64,000 bases of DNA from an uncultured bacterium (GCA_965368975.1 CBDUPA010000006.1:222511-286510); one strand, 5' to 3'; counted from the stretch's first letter, positions 20,501-30,340 are shown. Notes: a model not told the origin generated them from the letters alone. Numbers and translations are program-made.

Positions 20501-23500
20501 CAGCCGGCGGTCGTGCCAGGGCACCTGGATGTGCTCTTGCAGGCGTAGCTGCTGGTGATCGCGCAGGCTGGTGAGGGTGACGCTGAAGCCGCCGCGATCG
20601 GCCAGGGTGACCGGGATCTCGATCAGCTGCGGGTCGCGGCCGGCGGTCAGCACTTGGCGGTTCAGGCGTCGCAAGCCGCGGAAGACTTCGAGCACCAGGG
20701 GTTGACCCTCGAGGCCGGAGGCGGCCAGCAGGCGCAGCGTCTCGCCCGCGCGCACGCTGGTCTTTTCGGCCTGCAAGAGGAGCGGCAACCGGGGCGCGCT
20801 GGCGCCCGCTTGCGTCGCGGCGACGATCAAGTCGTTGCAGGTTTCGAATAGGCGGCCGAACGGGTCTTCGGTGTGGTAGCACAGGCGCCAGGCACCGGGC
20901 GGCAAGAGGCCGAGGTCGAGACTCGCGGGCTCCACGTGGTGCTGCAGCTCACCGCGGCTGCGCTCTGGGCCGGCGGGCCAGCCGCGGAGAATGGCCTGCG
21001 TGTGGATCTCGGTACTCCAGCGCGGGCGCAATCGATCACCGGGAGTGGCATAGGGATTCTCTTCGCCGTTCTCTTCTTTGTGCTCTTCATTGGGCCGGGG
21101 CCGCTGGGTCGGCCTATTGATTGGCATGTCGGCTGGTAGCACGACCTCGTCCGGGGCTTGCAGGGGGGCCAGCGTCCAGGTGCCGCTGCCGGCGCGCGCG
21201 ATGCCGTCCAGATCGGTACGTCGCACCGTCACGCGCACCGGATCGCCCTCGACGTAGAAGCCAGCCGCCAGGTCGATACGGGCATCGACGGCGCTGAAGC
21301 CGAGATGGAAGGTCCGCGAGCCGGAGCGGGTCTCGCCGCCCTCGTCCGTGACGTCGACATCCAGACGATAGCGGTAGGTGACCCCGTCTTCAGCGTCGCG
21401 TTCGTCGGCTTCGGGAGTGAAGTTGACGTCGAAGGTACCGTCGTCGGCCAGCGTGCCGCTGCCGTCGGCGATCACCTGTTCCTCGCCACCTGGTGCGCCG
21501 CCCCACCAGAACCACCAGGGCGGGAAGCGCGGTACACGCGTGACGCGCCAGCTCACCTCGCCGGCATTCACCGGCAGGCCGAAGTAGTAGCGGGCCTCGG
21601 CGGTCAGCTCGGCCGGCCGGTTGAGGCGCAAGGGCTCGGCAGCGTCCTGCACCGTCACCTCGAAGGTCGGACGCTTGTACTCCTCCACCTGGATCGACGT
21701 CCAGCCCTGGCCTGCGGCGGACAGGCTCCAGGAGCCGAGCAAGCGACCGGCCGGGATGTTGAACGTACCAGCAGCGCTGCCAAAGGCGTTGGTGCGCACC
21801 GTGACCTCGGCCGCTTCCTGGCCGTTGGCATCTTCCAGCCGCACGGTCAGGTGGTGATCCGGCAAGGTCTTGAACTCGCCGTTCTCGGCGTGGCCTCGGT
21901 AGACCACGGCTTTCCAGTGCACCTGCTGGCCGGGCCGGTAGATGCTGCGGTCGGTGTAGAGCAGCGCCCGCGTGACGACTTCGTTGCTGTCGTAGATGGG
22001 GCGCACCCACATGTGCTCGGCGCCGATCGCCACATCCTGACCGTGGCGTCCCAGCAGGGCGAACGGACCGTCCCCCAGCGCCGATGCTGGAAAGAGCGCA
22101 CGACCGTCCTCGCCGGTACGTCGCGTCGCCGCGAGCTGGTGGCCGCCTCGGTTCCAGTTGAGCTTGTAGAAGCTGACCCCGGCGCCTTCGAGCAGGTCGC
22201 CGGTGGCACCCGAGCGGGCCGTGACCTCGAAGCGGCGCGCGCCGTCTTCGTCCAGCTGGCGCATCAGCAAGACCAGATCCCCGACGATCACGTTGACCGC
22301 GGTGCGCCGGCTGCCGTGCTTGGAAGAACTGAACTCCAAGAAGCCGCGGTTGGTCGAGGCGGCGATCACGTACAGGCCGGGTTCGAGCGTCTCGGGCAGG
22401 GTCACGTAGGCTAGATGGTTACGGTAGTCGCGTGTCGGCGGCAGTTCGACGTCCCAGGCGTCGATGTAGTCGTGGTTCTCCAGGATGTTGGGAATCTCGC
22501 TGCTGTCCGGTAGCAGCGAGCGACCGGTCGCGCCATCGACCTGCGCGAAGAGGTTGACGGGGTAGGCGCGGAAGTAGAGCGCTTCCAGGTTCTTGTAGTT
22601 CACCTGGATCGAGCGGCGGCCGGGGGCGTCGCTCTTCATGGTGGTGAGGTTGTACTCGGGTACCTCAATGCGCGCGATCAGCTCTTTGCAGCGGATGCCG
22701 CCAGGACTCTGCGGGTGGGCCTCGCGGCCCTGCCGCGCGAGCTCGCGGGCTTGGATCAACGCACCGGGGGTGTCGAGCTGTTGCACGAAGGTCGCCAGCT
22801 GCCACTGGCCGTAGGACCACCAGGCATGCTCTTGACCCAGCTGGTCGAGCCGTGCCGCCAGGTCTTCGCGCAGCAGCGCGCGGTCGCCGTCCTTGTCGAA
22901 GTGATACCAGAGCTGTTCGGCACGCGCCCGATGAGCCTCGAACGCCGCCTCCGGACGCTTGTGCTGCCGGTGCCAAGCTTCCAGGTCGGCCAGCACCGCG
23001 CTCAGACGGCGCAGGGGATGGCCGTCAAGGCCGTCGAGCGGAGCGTCCAGTGCCGAGATCGACGCCCCGGCGAGCAACTCACTGACGTCCAGGCGCCAGG
23101 TCAGGCTCGAGCTGTCCGCCGGCCAGTAGCTGCTGTTGGCCAGCAGCTCCGCCCACAGGTAGCTCGCCGTGTCGCGCAGCGTGCCACGAATGTGCGGCGG
23201 GAACTGGTTGGGGTCGATGTACTCGTCGAGCTCGCCGATCGGCGTCGCGCCCCAGGCTTCGCGTTGTGCCCACACGTCCTGGTAGGCACGGTGGGCCTCG
23301 TCCAGGAGCTGGTCGAGCGTCCAGGCCTTGAGGTCGAGCTCATCGCTCGTCGACTCGACACGCTCGCGTTGACGGATCTCCCAGGAATACGCCTGGATGT
23401 AGGAGGTCAGCGCGTGCGCATAGTACAGCTGCACCGGCAACCCTAGCTTGGGCTCTACAGGCCAGGGCTCGGCCCGTAGATCGCGCACCGCCGTCTCAAA

Positions 23501-23809
23501 GCCGTGAAGCCCGATACGTAGCTGCGTGCGACGGATCAAGGCTCGTCCCTGGTACTCCTCGTCGCCCATCTGCCGCGCCTCGATCAGCAGCTTCTCGACC
23601 TGGTCCAGTGCGGCCTGGTACTTGTGCTCCTCGATCAGCTGGTCGACGGCTTGCCAGCGAGCGTCGTAGGTCATGGTGTCCTCCTGAGCCGAACCGTCCG
23701 GAATCAGTGTTTCCAGCGCAATGAGACGGGTGTCGATCCCCAGTCTTACCACGAAGACGGTGACCCCGAGGACGGCGGCGAGTACGAACCATTTCAACGA
23801 TCGGCGCAT
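17534..23809 (-). CDS. Bacterial alpha-2-macroglobulin family protein
   Basis: ATG at 23809 with an AAGGAGG RBS. MG2 motif YTDRSIYRPGQ, EEYKRPTFEV, RKDFAETAFWVPQL, thioester-type motif YPYECTEQ, and C-terminal QSMYAPEF. Confidence 0.93.
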   Translation of the reverse strand: MRRSLKWFVLAAVLGVTVFVVRLGIDTRLIALETLIPDGSAQEDTMTYDARWQAVDQLIEEHKYQAALDQVEKLLIEARQMGDEEYQGRALIRRTQLRIGLHGFETAVRDLRAEPWPVEPKLGLPVQLYYAHALTSYIQAYSWEIRQRERVESTSDELDLKAWTLDQLLDEAHRAYQDVWAQREAWGATPIGELDEYIDPNQFPPHIRGTLRDTASYLWAELLANSSYWPADSSSLTWRLDVSELLAGASISALDAPLDGLDGHPLRRLSAVLADLEAWHRQHKRPEAAFEAHRARAEQLWYHFDKDGDRALLREDLAARLDQLGQEHAWWSYGQWQLATFVQQLDTPGALIQARELARQGREAHPQSPGGIRCKELIARIEVPEYNLTTMKSDAPGRRSIQVNYKNLEALYFRAYPVNLFAQVDGATGRSLLPDSSEIPNILENHDYIDAWDVELPPTRDYRNHLAYVTLPETLEPGLYVIAASTNRGFLEFSSSKHGSRRTAVNVIVGDLVLLMRQLDEDGARRFEVTARSGATGDLLEGAGVSFYKLNWNRGGHQLAATRRTGEDGRALFPASALGDGPFALLGRHGQDVAIGAEHMWVRPIYDSNEVVTRALLYTDRSIYRPGQQVHWKAVVYRGHAENGEFKTLPDHHLTVRLEDANGQEAAEVTVRTNAFGSAAGTFNIPAGRLLGSWSLSAAGQGWTSIQVEEYKRPTFEVTVQDAAEPLRLNRPAELTAEARYYFGLPVNAGEVSWRVTRVPRFPPWWFWWGGAPGGEEQVIADGSGTLADDGTFDVNFTPEADERDAEDGVTYRYRLDVDVTDEGGETRSGSRTFHLGFSAVDARIDLAAGFYVEGDPVRVTVRRTDLDGIARAGSGTWTLAPLQAPDEVVLPADMPINRPTQRPRPNEEHKEENGEENPYATPGDRLRPRWSTEIHTQAILRGWPAGPERSRGELQHHVEPASLDLGLLPPGAWRLCYHTEDPFGRLFETCNDLIVAATQAGASAPRLPLLLQAEKTSVRAGETLRLLAASGLEGQPLVLEVFRGLRRLNRQVLTAGRDPQLIEIPVTLADRGGFSVTLTSLRDHQQLRLQEHIQVPWHDRRLQVEFSTFRDRLRPGQSETWKVTVRSDDEQALSAGAAEVLAYMYDRSLDIFAGHNPVDVQALYPTHAQWQTLESGLGQAWMAWQHNQGFGELPSSSPLRTDRLKYFDNFGIGGIGPRSRAMKMRVPSAPSPPMFEADAIAVADAPMVAESLAVGAAMEVGTEEELRALSSVDDAPPPPPPPPGAEQEPVRKDFAETAFWVPQLLTGDDGSVSFEFTVPDSVTEWNVWAHAVTQDLRGGAVHKTTRSVKELLVRPYLPRFLREGDAARIKVVVQNAGDEAFEGQLDFGLFAPLTAPADGSDTSPDTSELGPSRLADFGLTTADTRGLDFQLDPGGSTTFTFPLVNPRGVGEVVVRAVARAGSFQDGEQRPLPLLPGRIHLIQSRFATLHSGAGESARRELHFADLAAQASSASTDPTMLQEQLVVTLDAQLFYGVLQALPYLVDYPYECTEQTLNRFVSTGILSTLYGDYPAVARMAEQLSSRDTVFEAWDGPDPNRALALEETPWVQMAQGGGEVPYDLLNVLDPRRTGQLRQAALAKLREAQTAQGGFPWWPGGPPSTYITLYLLDGFSRALEFGVEVPKDMVVRAWGYMKRYWDRELVEQLKQGKASPHILTYMSYVLSSYPDASWTGNNFTDGDRATMLAAAFESWKNNSPRLKAYLSLALHRADRTEDARLVFDSILDSARTTEDEGTFWAPEDRAWLWYNDTVESHAFVLRALLELQPDNELRHGLVQWLFLNKKLNHWKSTRATAEAIYGLVHYLQAEDLLAVREAVQVRIGDRQRDFEFDPDTFTGKGVQWQLEGDEIDPATDSTIVVEKDTPGFLFASATWHFSTETPPKEARGNFFHVERAYFKRERSGSGGGSDWVLRPLADGTRVEIGDQVEVQVSLRSKHAAEYVHLRDPRPAGFEPETLSSGVQWDLGIWWYEEVRDSGTNFFFERLPVGEYTFKYRLRATTAGSFQAAPAQVQSMYAPEFVAYSAGGRVEIEGGE

Positions 23810-23903
23810 GACGGACCTCCTTGCCTCATTAGACACGACTGGAGCATCCGAGGAAACCGCCCCGTTCCGTCATGAGCCTATTGCTTGGTCGAGAACAGCC
23901 TTG

Positions 23904-25160
23904 TCAGCCGTCCAGGTAGTTCTTTGCTCCCCGGACTTCCTCGAGAACAGTCGGATCTTTGTCCGACGCGAGCGCCTCGTCCAGCACCCGTCGCGCCGCG
24001 TCACTTCCCAAACGTCCCAACGCCCAGGCCGCGTGACCGCGCACGACGGGTGACGGATTGGACGCCAGCGCCTCCGCCAGGGCCGGCACGTAGCGTTCTT
24101 CACCGCCCCCTTGACTGCCCTCTTGACTGCCCTTTTGACTGCGGTGAGCCATGGCCAAGGTCGCGTTGCGCTGCAAACCATCGAGACGAGCGCGTTGCAT
24201 GGCGCTGCCGCGGAAGCGCTCCTTGTACTCGTGCTCGTCGAGACGCAATAGCTGGATGAGATCGAGATCGGCGCGTTGTGGGGCGAGGTGGAGGTCAGGG
24301 TGGTCGGCGGCAGGGGAGTCGCGGATGTTCCAGGGGCAAACGTCCTGGCAGATGTCACAGCCGAAGACCCAGCCATCGAGCTTGTCGCGCCACTCCGGCG
24401 GGATGGCGCCGCGGTGTTCGATGGTCCAGTAGCTGATGCAGCGGTTGGCGTCGAGGCGGTAGGGTTCGCGCAGGGCGTCAGTGGGGCAGGCGTCGAGGCA
24501 GCGGGTACAGCGGCCGCACAGGTCGGTCAGGGGTTCCGAAACGGACTGGGGCTCCATCTCGGCATTCGGCTCCACCTCCAGCGTCAAGAAGATCTCACCG
24601 AGCAAGAACCACGAGCCTTGACGACTCAGCAGGCAGGTGTTCTTGCCCGTCACGCCGATACCGGCGCGGGCGGCCAGGGCACGTTCCAGGACGGGACCGG
24701 TGTCGACGTAGATGCGCGTGTCGCAGCCGGGGAAGGCTTGGCGGATGCGCTTGGCCAGCTTCTTGAGCCGCTTGCCCATCAGGTTGTGGTAGTCACGGCC
24801 GTGGGCGTAGCGGGCGACCTTGGGCCACAGGTCATTGTCCGGGGCCGCAGCGGTGGGTGCCTCGCCTTGGAGGGGGCTGTATTGCAGGGCGACGCAGAGC
24901 GCCGCGCGGGCGCCCTCGAGCACCTTGGCCGGTTCGAGCCGCTCCTCGACGCGCTCGGCGAGGTAACCCATGCCGGCGTGTTCGCCGCGCTCCAACCAAC
25001 GCAAGAACGCGCCGCCCTGCTCACCGAACGGCTCCAAAGTCGCAACGCCGGCGCGGTCGAAGCCGGCGTCGCGGGCCCACTCCTCGAGCAAGCTGGGAGT
25101 GAGCAAACTAGGCGTGAGCAAGTTCGAGGTGAGCAGGGTGGCGCGCTCTTGGGAGCTCAT
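23904..25160 (-). CDS. queG: tRNA epoxyqueuosine(34) reductase
   Basis: YA.GRDYH, VDTGPVLER, CGRCTRCLDACPT, CISYWTIE, FGCDICQDVCPWN, and a HEAT-like C-terminus. Confidence 0.95.
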   Translation of the reverse strand: MSSQERATLLTSNLLTPSLLTPSLLEEWARDAGFDRAGVATLEPFGEQGGAFLRWLERGEHAGMGYLAERVEERLEPAKVLEGARAALCVALQYSPLQGEAPTAAAPDNDLWPKVARYAHGRDYHNLMGKRLKKLAKRIRQAFPGCDTRIYVDTGPVLERALAARAGIGVTGKNTCLLSRQGSWFLLGEIFLTLEVEPNAEMEPQSVSEPLTDLCGRCTRCLDACPTDALREPYRLDANRCISYWTIEHRGAIPPEWRDKLDGWVFGCDICQDVCPWNIRDSPAADHPDLHLAPQRADLDLIQLLRLDEHEYKERFRGSAMQRARLDGLQRNATLAMAHRSQKGSQEGSQGGGEERYVPALAEALASNPSPVVRGHAAWALGRLGSDAARRVLDEALASDKDPTVLEEVRGAKNYLDG

Positions 25161-25199
25161 GCTTCCCTGCGAATCAGGGCGTGTCAGCTCAGGATCGTG

Positions 25200-26033
25200 T
25201 CAGGGGCAGGTCGCGAAAGCCGAAGTGTCGGTCACTGCATCGGCGGGCTTACCCAGCTCGTTGAAGTAGCTGCGGCTCTCGAAGGTCTCCAGGTCGATGA
25301 CAGTCAACGTGTATTCGACGTCGGTGGCCGCGGCGGCGAAGACCCAGTAGTGGTCGTTGTAACTGCAGCCGTCCAGTACCTTGACCAGCATTTCCCAGTT
25401 GCTCGGATCGAAGAAGTAGAACGTGGTCGAGTCTTCCGAGCGGTTGCCGGCCAGGCGTCCGATACCGGTTTGACCGTTGGCCCTGCGCCAGTCCACGAAG
25501 ACGCAGAAGCGGCCCAGGTTGAGCGCGTTCGAATCGTCGCCATCGTCGGACAGATAGACCTCGTCGCCGAGGAAGCAAGAAGACGGCACTGGCTGGCCGT
25601 CGCCAGTGATCTGGTTGAGAACCAGGCCGGCTTCGCCTGCTGCAGAGCCGGTGGTGACCACGTGATAGACCACGCCGGCCACCATCTGGATCGTGATCGC
25701 CGAGAAGCCGGTACCGGCGATGGAGTCGTCGCTGGCGGCGACCAGATTGTCGAGCGGCCGAGCCGGATCGAAGCGCCCGGCATAGAGCGCCAGGAAGCCG
25801 TCGAACGCCTGGTTGCTGGTGATCGTGTATTCGCCGCTCTGGTCGACGAAGAGGGCCAGCGAACTATAGGTGACGACCTCACCCGAGAGCCCCGAGAGGT
25901 CCTCCGATGGCCGGTTCCAGGTGTTGGCGGTCGAGGCCGTGTCGTCGTTCCATTGGAAGGTGTCTGCGACAGCGGCGGGGGTCAGGGCCAGCAGCGCCAG
26001 GGCGGCGAGCGTCAGGAAGCAGCGCGGTGTCAT
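25200..26033 (-). CDS. Secreted protein: PPC-like N-terminal domain plus a ~100-aa C-terminal domain also found in 44995..47937
   Basis: Signal peptide; C-terminal FYFFDPSNWEMLVKVLDGC..NDHYWVFAAAATDVEYTLTVID matches the two C-terminal repeats of the 980-aa protein. Confidence 0.8.
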   Translation of the reverse strand: MTPRCFLTLAALALLALTPAAVADTFQWNDDTASTANTWNRPSEDLSGLSGEVVTYSSLALFVDQSGEYTITSNQAFDGFLALYAGRFDPARPLDNLVAASDDSIAGTGFSAITIQMVAGVVYHVVTTGSAAGEAGLVLNQITGDGQPVPSSCFLGDEVYLSDDGDDSNALNLGRFCVFVDWRRANGQTGIGRLAGNRSEDSTTFYFFDPSNWEMLVKVLDGCSYNDHYWVFAAAATDVEYTLTVIDLETFESRSYFNELGKPADAVTDTSAFATCP

Positions 26034-26193
26034 GAAGGAGTCTCCTCTCGGAAGGTTTCAGCTCTGCATGGAGTGTATAACAAGCAGGTGCGGTCCGGGA
26101 TCGAACTGCAAAAGTATAACCCGGCGGGCTAGAATCCGTTTGTCTAAAGGACGGCTCTTGCCCACGCCCCTGATAACCGACAGGAGATCCAAC

Positions 26194-27600
26194 ATGAAGC
26201 CGGTTCCCATCCTTGTCGCCGTTGGCGCACTCGTCGCTGTGCTGGCGATCTGCGTTTCTTCGTCCTTGGCCAGCTCCGCCGAGCCCGTGTCCTCCGAAAC
26301 GGTGCCAGAGCAGAGGGTCGCCTTGTTGACAACGGAGGGCGACGGAGCGAGCTATTGGCCACGCTGGCGCGGGCCGTCGGGACAGGGGCAGGTCGAGGAC
26401 ATGGGCTATGTCGATACCTGGTCGAGTACCGAGAATGTGCTGTGGAAGAGTGTTGTGCCTGGCCGCGGCAACTCGTCGCCGATTGTCTGGGGTGACCGCA
26501 TCTTCGTGACCGCTTCGTACAAGGGCGGCGATCGGCGGGCGATCTTTGCCTTCGATCGCGGTACTGGCGAACAGATCTGGGTTGTCGATGTACCTTCCGA
26601 TGCGCGTGACGAGGACTATCACCCCAAGAACTCTCTGGCTTCTTCGACGCCGACCACGGATGGCGAACTCGTCTACGGCTACTTCGGCAACGATGGCGTG
26701 ATGGCGGTGGACTTCGACGGCAAGGTCGTCTGGCACCAGCCGCTCGGTCTATTCAACGCCTTCCACGGCACGGCCTCGTCGCCGCTGCTGTACAAGGACC
26801 GGCTCATCGTGGTCCAGGACGCGCGCAACAATGCCTTCATCGCGGCCTTCGACAAGAAAACCGGCGAGGAGCTGTGGCGCACCAAGCGGCGGGCGCAGGT
26901 GGGGTGGAACACGCCGATTCCCGTGCGCGTCGAGGGGCAGGACCAGATCGTGGTCAGCAGCATGCAGCAGGTGATCGCCTACGACCCACAGACCGGGCTC
27001 GAAATTTGGCACGCGCGCGGCAACACCTTCGAGGCCATTCCGACACCGGTGGTTGGGCACGATCTCATCTACGCATCGTCGGGTCGTGCGGGTCCGACCC
27101 TGGCGATTCGGCCGTTGCGCGGGGACGGCCACCGTTCGGGCAAGAGCCCCAAGGCCGAGATCGTCTGGCGTGCGTCCAAGGGTTCGCCCTTCGTGCCGTC
27201 GCCAATTCTCGACGGCGACCATCTCTTCATGGTCAATGACATGGCCAGCATCGCCACCTGCTACGACGCGCGCAGCGGCGAAGTGCTGTGGCAGGGACGC
27301 CTGGGCCGCGCCAGCCGCGAAGGGTTCTCGGCCTCGCCTGTGCTAGTGGGGAACAAGGTCTACTTCACCAATGACGAGGGCGTCACTTTCGTGCTCGCTT
27401 CCGGCGCCGAGTTCGAGATCCTGCACACGAACGATCTCGAAGAACCGGTGCTCGCCTCGCCAGCCCTGGTCGATGGCATTTGGTACTTCCGTACCGCCAG
27501 GCACCTGCTGGCGATCGGGCGGCCTGAATCTTCTGAGACTGGATCTTCTTTGACTCAATCTTCGTTGATTCAGGCCACCCCCGCTCAGGGTGCCCGCTAG
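26194..27600 (+). CDS. PQQ-like beta-propeller repeat protein, secreted
   Basis: Start re-assigned to ATG 26194 (AGGAG RBS). Signal peptide, WPRWRGP, SSPIVWGDRIF, and repeated D..TGE..W motifs. Confidence 0.9.
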   Translation: MKPVPILVAVGALVAVLAICVSSSLASSAEPVSSETVPEQRVALLTTEGDGASYWPRWRGPSGQGQVEDMGYVDTWSSTENVLWKSVVPGRGNSSPIVWGDRIFVTASYKGGDRRAIFAFDRGTGEQIWVVDVPSDARDEDYHPKNSLASSTPTTDGELVYGYFGNDGVMAVDFDGKVVWHQPLGLFNAFHGTASSPLLYKDRLIVVQDARNNAFIAAFDKKTGEELWRTKRRAQVGWNTPIPVRVEGQDQIVVSSMQQVIAYDPQTGLEIWHARGNTFEAIPTPVVGHDLIYASSGRAGPTLAIRPLRGDGHRSGKSPKAEIVWRASKGSPFVPSPILDGDHLFMVNDMASIATCYDARSGEVLWQGRLGRASREGFSASPVLVGNKVYFTNDEGVTFVLASGAEFEILHTNDLEEPVLASPALVDGIWYFRTARHLLAIGRPESSETGSSLTQSSLIQATPAQGAR

Positions 27601-29831
27601 CAGTCTTCTTCGGCCGGCACATCCCACACGTTGCCACCGGTCAGGTTCTGCCAAGAGTTTGAGCTGGCGTGCCGGTTGCGGCGCTGTTCGAGCCAGCGAC
27701 GGCCGTGGATTCGCACATTGACCAGGTCCTGAGCGCTGAGGTCGTCGAAGCCGTCCTGGCGTAGCGCACGAATGAGGTCTGCGTCGACACCGTGGATGCG
27801 GAAGCGCACCAGATCCTGAGGACTCAGCTGCGCGTAGCCTTCGTTGGCCAGGCCGCGGATGAATTCCGCCGATACGTTGTGGACGCGGAAGCGCACCAGA
27901 TACTCACTGGAGAGTCCCTGGTAGCCGAGGCTCGTCAGCTGCTCCAGGTAGTCTACGTTGACTCCGTGGACTCGGAAACGCACCAGATACTCGCCCGAGA
28001 GCTGCTCATAGCCGGCTGTCCGCAAGGTCTCGATGAAGTCCGGTGACACGCCGTGGATGCGGAAGCGCACCGCCTGTTCCAGGCTTAGATCATCGTAACC
28101 TGCGTCCGCCATGGCGCCCAGGAACTCCGGTGTCGCCTCGTGAATGCGCAGCTTGACCAGTTGCGCTGGGGACACATCGTTGTAACCCAAAGCGGTGAGT
28201 TGACGGATCATCTCCGCACTGACGTCGTGGATGCGGAAGCGCACCAGATCCTTCAGCGCCAGGCCGTCGTAGCCCAGCGTCGTGAGTTCGTCCAGGAAAG
28301 ACCGCGAGACGTCGAACAGAGCCAACTTGGCTTGCTGTTCGGTCGACAGCGGGTCATAGCCGCGGCGCTCCAGGTCCCGGGCGTAGTCAGCGTTGGGTTC
28401 GAACCGATAGGTCCCGCCACCTTCGTTGCCGGTGCTACCACTGCCGTTGAAGCGGCCCTCGAAGACGAAGGTGCCAGCGTCGCGGCGCAGCTCGAAGCGA
28501 GTGTCGGGGCCTCCAATCTGACCCGAGAACTCGGTCAGCGGCAAGGTAGAGCCGTGGAACCAATGCTCGTCGCCGTCGTCGACCCGCAGTTGCAGCCACA
28601 GCTGATCTTGCTTGATCTCGGCGCTCCAACTGCCACCGGCCGGTAGCTCGCCAAAGTCCACGCGGTCGGGTTCTTGGGACGGTTCCGGGTAGGGCTCGGG
28701 CGAAGGTTCCGGGCCGAAATTCACTTCCGAAGTCTCGAGCTCCATTGGGTCGGGACCCGGCGCTGCGTGCGCACCACTGAGCTGCACCGTCACGCCGGCG
28801 CCCAGCACCAGCACCACGAGAAGACCGGCGAGCCAAGCTTCGGGACGGCTCTTCGGAGCCTCGGCCGGTAGTAGCAACCGACGCACGCGGCCGAGCAGGG
28901 AGTGACCTTCCATGCCGCCGTCAGCCGCCATCGCCAGGCGTAGCGGCACGCGCAGCGTTTCCAGCTGTGTCAACGCGCGTGCGTACTCCACGCGGTCACC
29001 GCACAGCTGCACTGCCAGATCGTCGCAGCAGTGCTCGCGCTCGACCCGTACTCGCCGCGACAGCCACCACACCGCGGGGTGGTAAAAGAGCAGCGTCTCG
29101 ACCGCCGTCTGGAGCAGGTTGACCAAGTAGTCGTGGCGCCGCACGTGCGCCAGCTCGTGTGCCAGGATCGACTCGAGCTGCCGCGGTGTCAGGCCGGTGA
29201 ATGTGCTCACCGGCACTAGCACCACCGGCCGCAGCCAGCCCACTACCGCCGGTACCGGCGCCAGCGTCGACGCCAGCAACCGCACTGGACGCGTCACGCC
29301 CAGGCGGTCGGACAATTCGTCGAGGCGAGCTTGCCAAGCCTCGTCCGCCGGCCGCGTACCCTGACGGCGCAGCCGTTGCACCAGCCACCAACCGCCCGTC
29401 TGGCGCGCTGCCAGTAGCACCACGCCCGCCAGCCACGCTGCGAGCAGCCAGGGCAGAACCGGTTCCAGCTGGGACAGGCTCGGTACCCAGTTCGAGGCTG
29501 CCGGCACGGCGCCGGGTCGTGTCGCTCGCGCATCGTTCGCTGACAGGGTTGCAACGCTGAGTTTCGTGGGGGCCGCCGTCGAGGCACTCGCCTCGTCCGT
29601 CGCCGAGATCGCTCGCGCGGCAGTCCAGGCCTGCCAGGTGGTCGCCACCGGCAGAGCGAGCATCAGCATCAGGCCGCCGCCGGCCACGGCGTAGCGCACC
29701 CGCGCGTTGGTGCGCCGCAGGGCTGCCAAGACACCTCCAATCAGCAGAGCTACCAACGTACCTTGCCACAGAAAGTGCACCAGGGCCCAAGCCACCGCCT
29801 GCATCGCTTCATTCGATTCCCACACCATCAT
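27597..29831 (-). CDS. BlaR1/MecR1-like M56 metallopeptidase with a C-terminal ~35-aa repeat sensor region
   Basis: HFLWQG, HELAHVRRHD zinc motif, REHCCDD; repeats of LV[R/K][F/L]R[I/V]H[G/D/N/E]V. Confidence 0.9.
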   Translation of the reverse strand: MMVWESNEAMQAVAWALVHFLWQGTLVALLIGGVLAALRRTNARVRYAVAGGGLMLMLALPVATTWQAWTAARAISATDEASASTAAPTKLSVATLSANDARATRPGAVPAASNWVPSLSQLEPVLPWLLAAWLAGVVLLAARQTGGWWLVQRLRRQGTRPADEAWQARLDELSDRLGVTRPVRLLASTLAPVPAVVGWLRPVVLVPVSTFTGLTPRQLESILAHELAHVRRHDYLVNLLQTAVETLLFYHPAVWWLSRRVRVEREHCCDDLAVQLCGDRVEYARALTQLETLRVPLRLAMAADGGMEGHSLLGRVRRLLLPAEAPKSRPEAWLAGLLVVLVLGAGVTVQLSGAHAAPGPDPMELETSEVNFGPEPSPEPYPEPSQEPDRVDFGELPAGGSWSAEIKQDQLWLQLRVDDGDEHWFHGSTLPLTEFSGQIGGPDTRFELRRDAGTFVFEGRFNGSGSTGNEGGGTYRFEPNADYARDLERRGYDPLSTEQQAKLALFDVSRSFLDELTTLGYDGLALKDLVRFRIHDVSAEMIRQLTALGYNDVSPAQLVKLRIHEATPEFLGAMADAGYDDLSLEQAVRFRIHGVSPDFIETLRTAGYEQLSGEYLVRFRVHGVNVDYLEQLTSLGYQGLSSEYLVRFRVHNVSAEFIRGLANEGYAQLSPQDLVRFRIHGVDADLIRALRQDGFDDLSAQDLVNVRIHGRRWLEQRRNRHASSNSWQNLTGGNVWDVPAEEDC

Positions 29832-30247
29832 CGTTCGTCTCCTTCGCCGGCCTGGGTCTGCATATCGTCGAGCAGCCGGCGTATTTGTGCCAGCTCGGCC
29901 TCGGATGCCGGCTGGCTGGCCAGCGCCTGCATCACCAGCCGTCCGGCCGAACCGCCGAAGGCGCGGTCGACCAGGTCGTCCAGCAGGTGGCGCTGTGTGT
30001 CTTCTTCACTGATGCGGGGCTGGTACACGTGCGCACGCTGCGAGGCGTCGCGCACCACCAGGCCCTTGTCGGTCATGATCTGCAGCAGCTTGAGCACCGT
30101 CGTGTAGCCGACGTTTGCACGCCGGGACAGCTCCTCGTGGACCTGTCGCACCGTGCTGGCTCCGCGTTGCCACAGTACCCGTAGGATGCCGAGTTCGGCG
30201 TCCGTGGGTCGTGGAAGGGTCGTGATTGCCGCGGTCGTTTGTGCCAT
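29828..30247 (-). CDS. BlaI/MecI/CopY family transcriptional repressor
   Basis: PTDAEL.IL.VLW, YTTVLKLLQIM..KGLV, AFGGSA..LV; coupled to the M56 gene. Confidence 0.93.
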   Translation of the reverse strand: MAQTTAAITTLPRPTDAELGILRVLWQRGASTVRQVHEELSRRANVGYTTVLKLLQIMTDKGLVVRDASQRAHVYQPRISEEDTQRHLLDDLVDRAFGGSAGRLVMQALASQPASEAELAQIRRLLDDMQTQAGEGDER

Positions 30248-30340
30248 GGTGAGGAGAGATTATACGAAGGTCTTCGTAATGTCAACGAAATCCTTCGTAG
30301 TTTCATCTGTGCGGTGCTCCGATCGTGATCGGTAAGACTC

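Noticed and set aside
24276-26132. 618-aa plus-strand ORF
   Set aside because: Antisense to queG and the secreted protein; no recognisable motifs.
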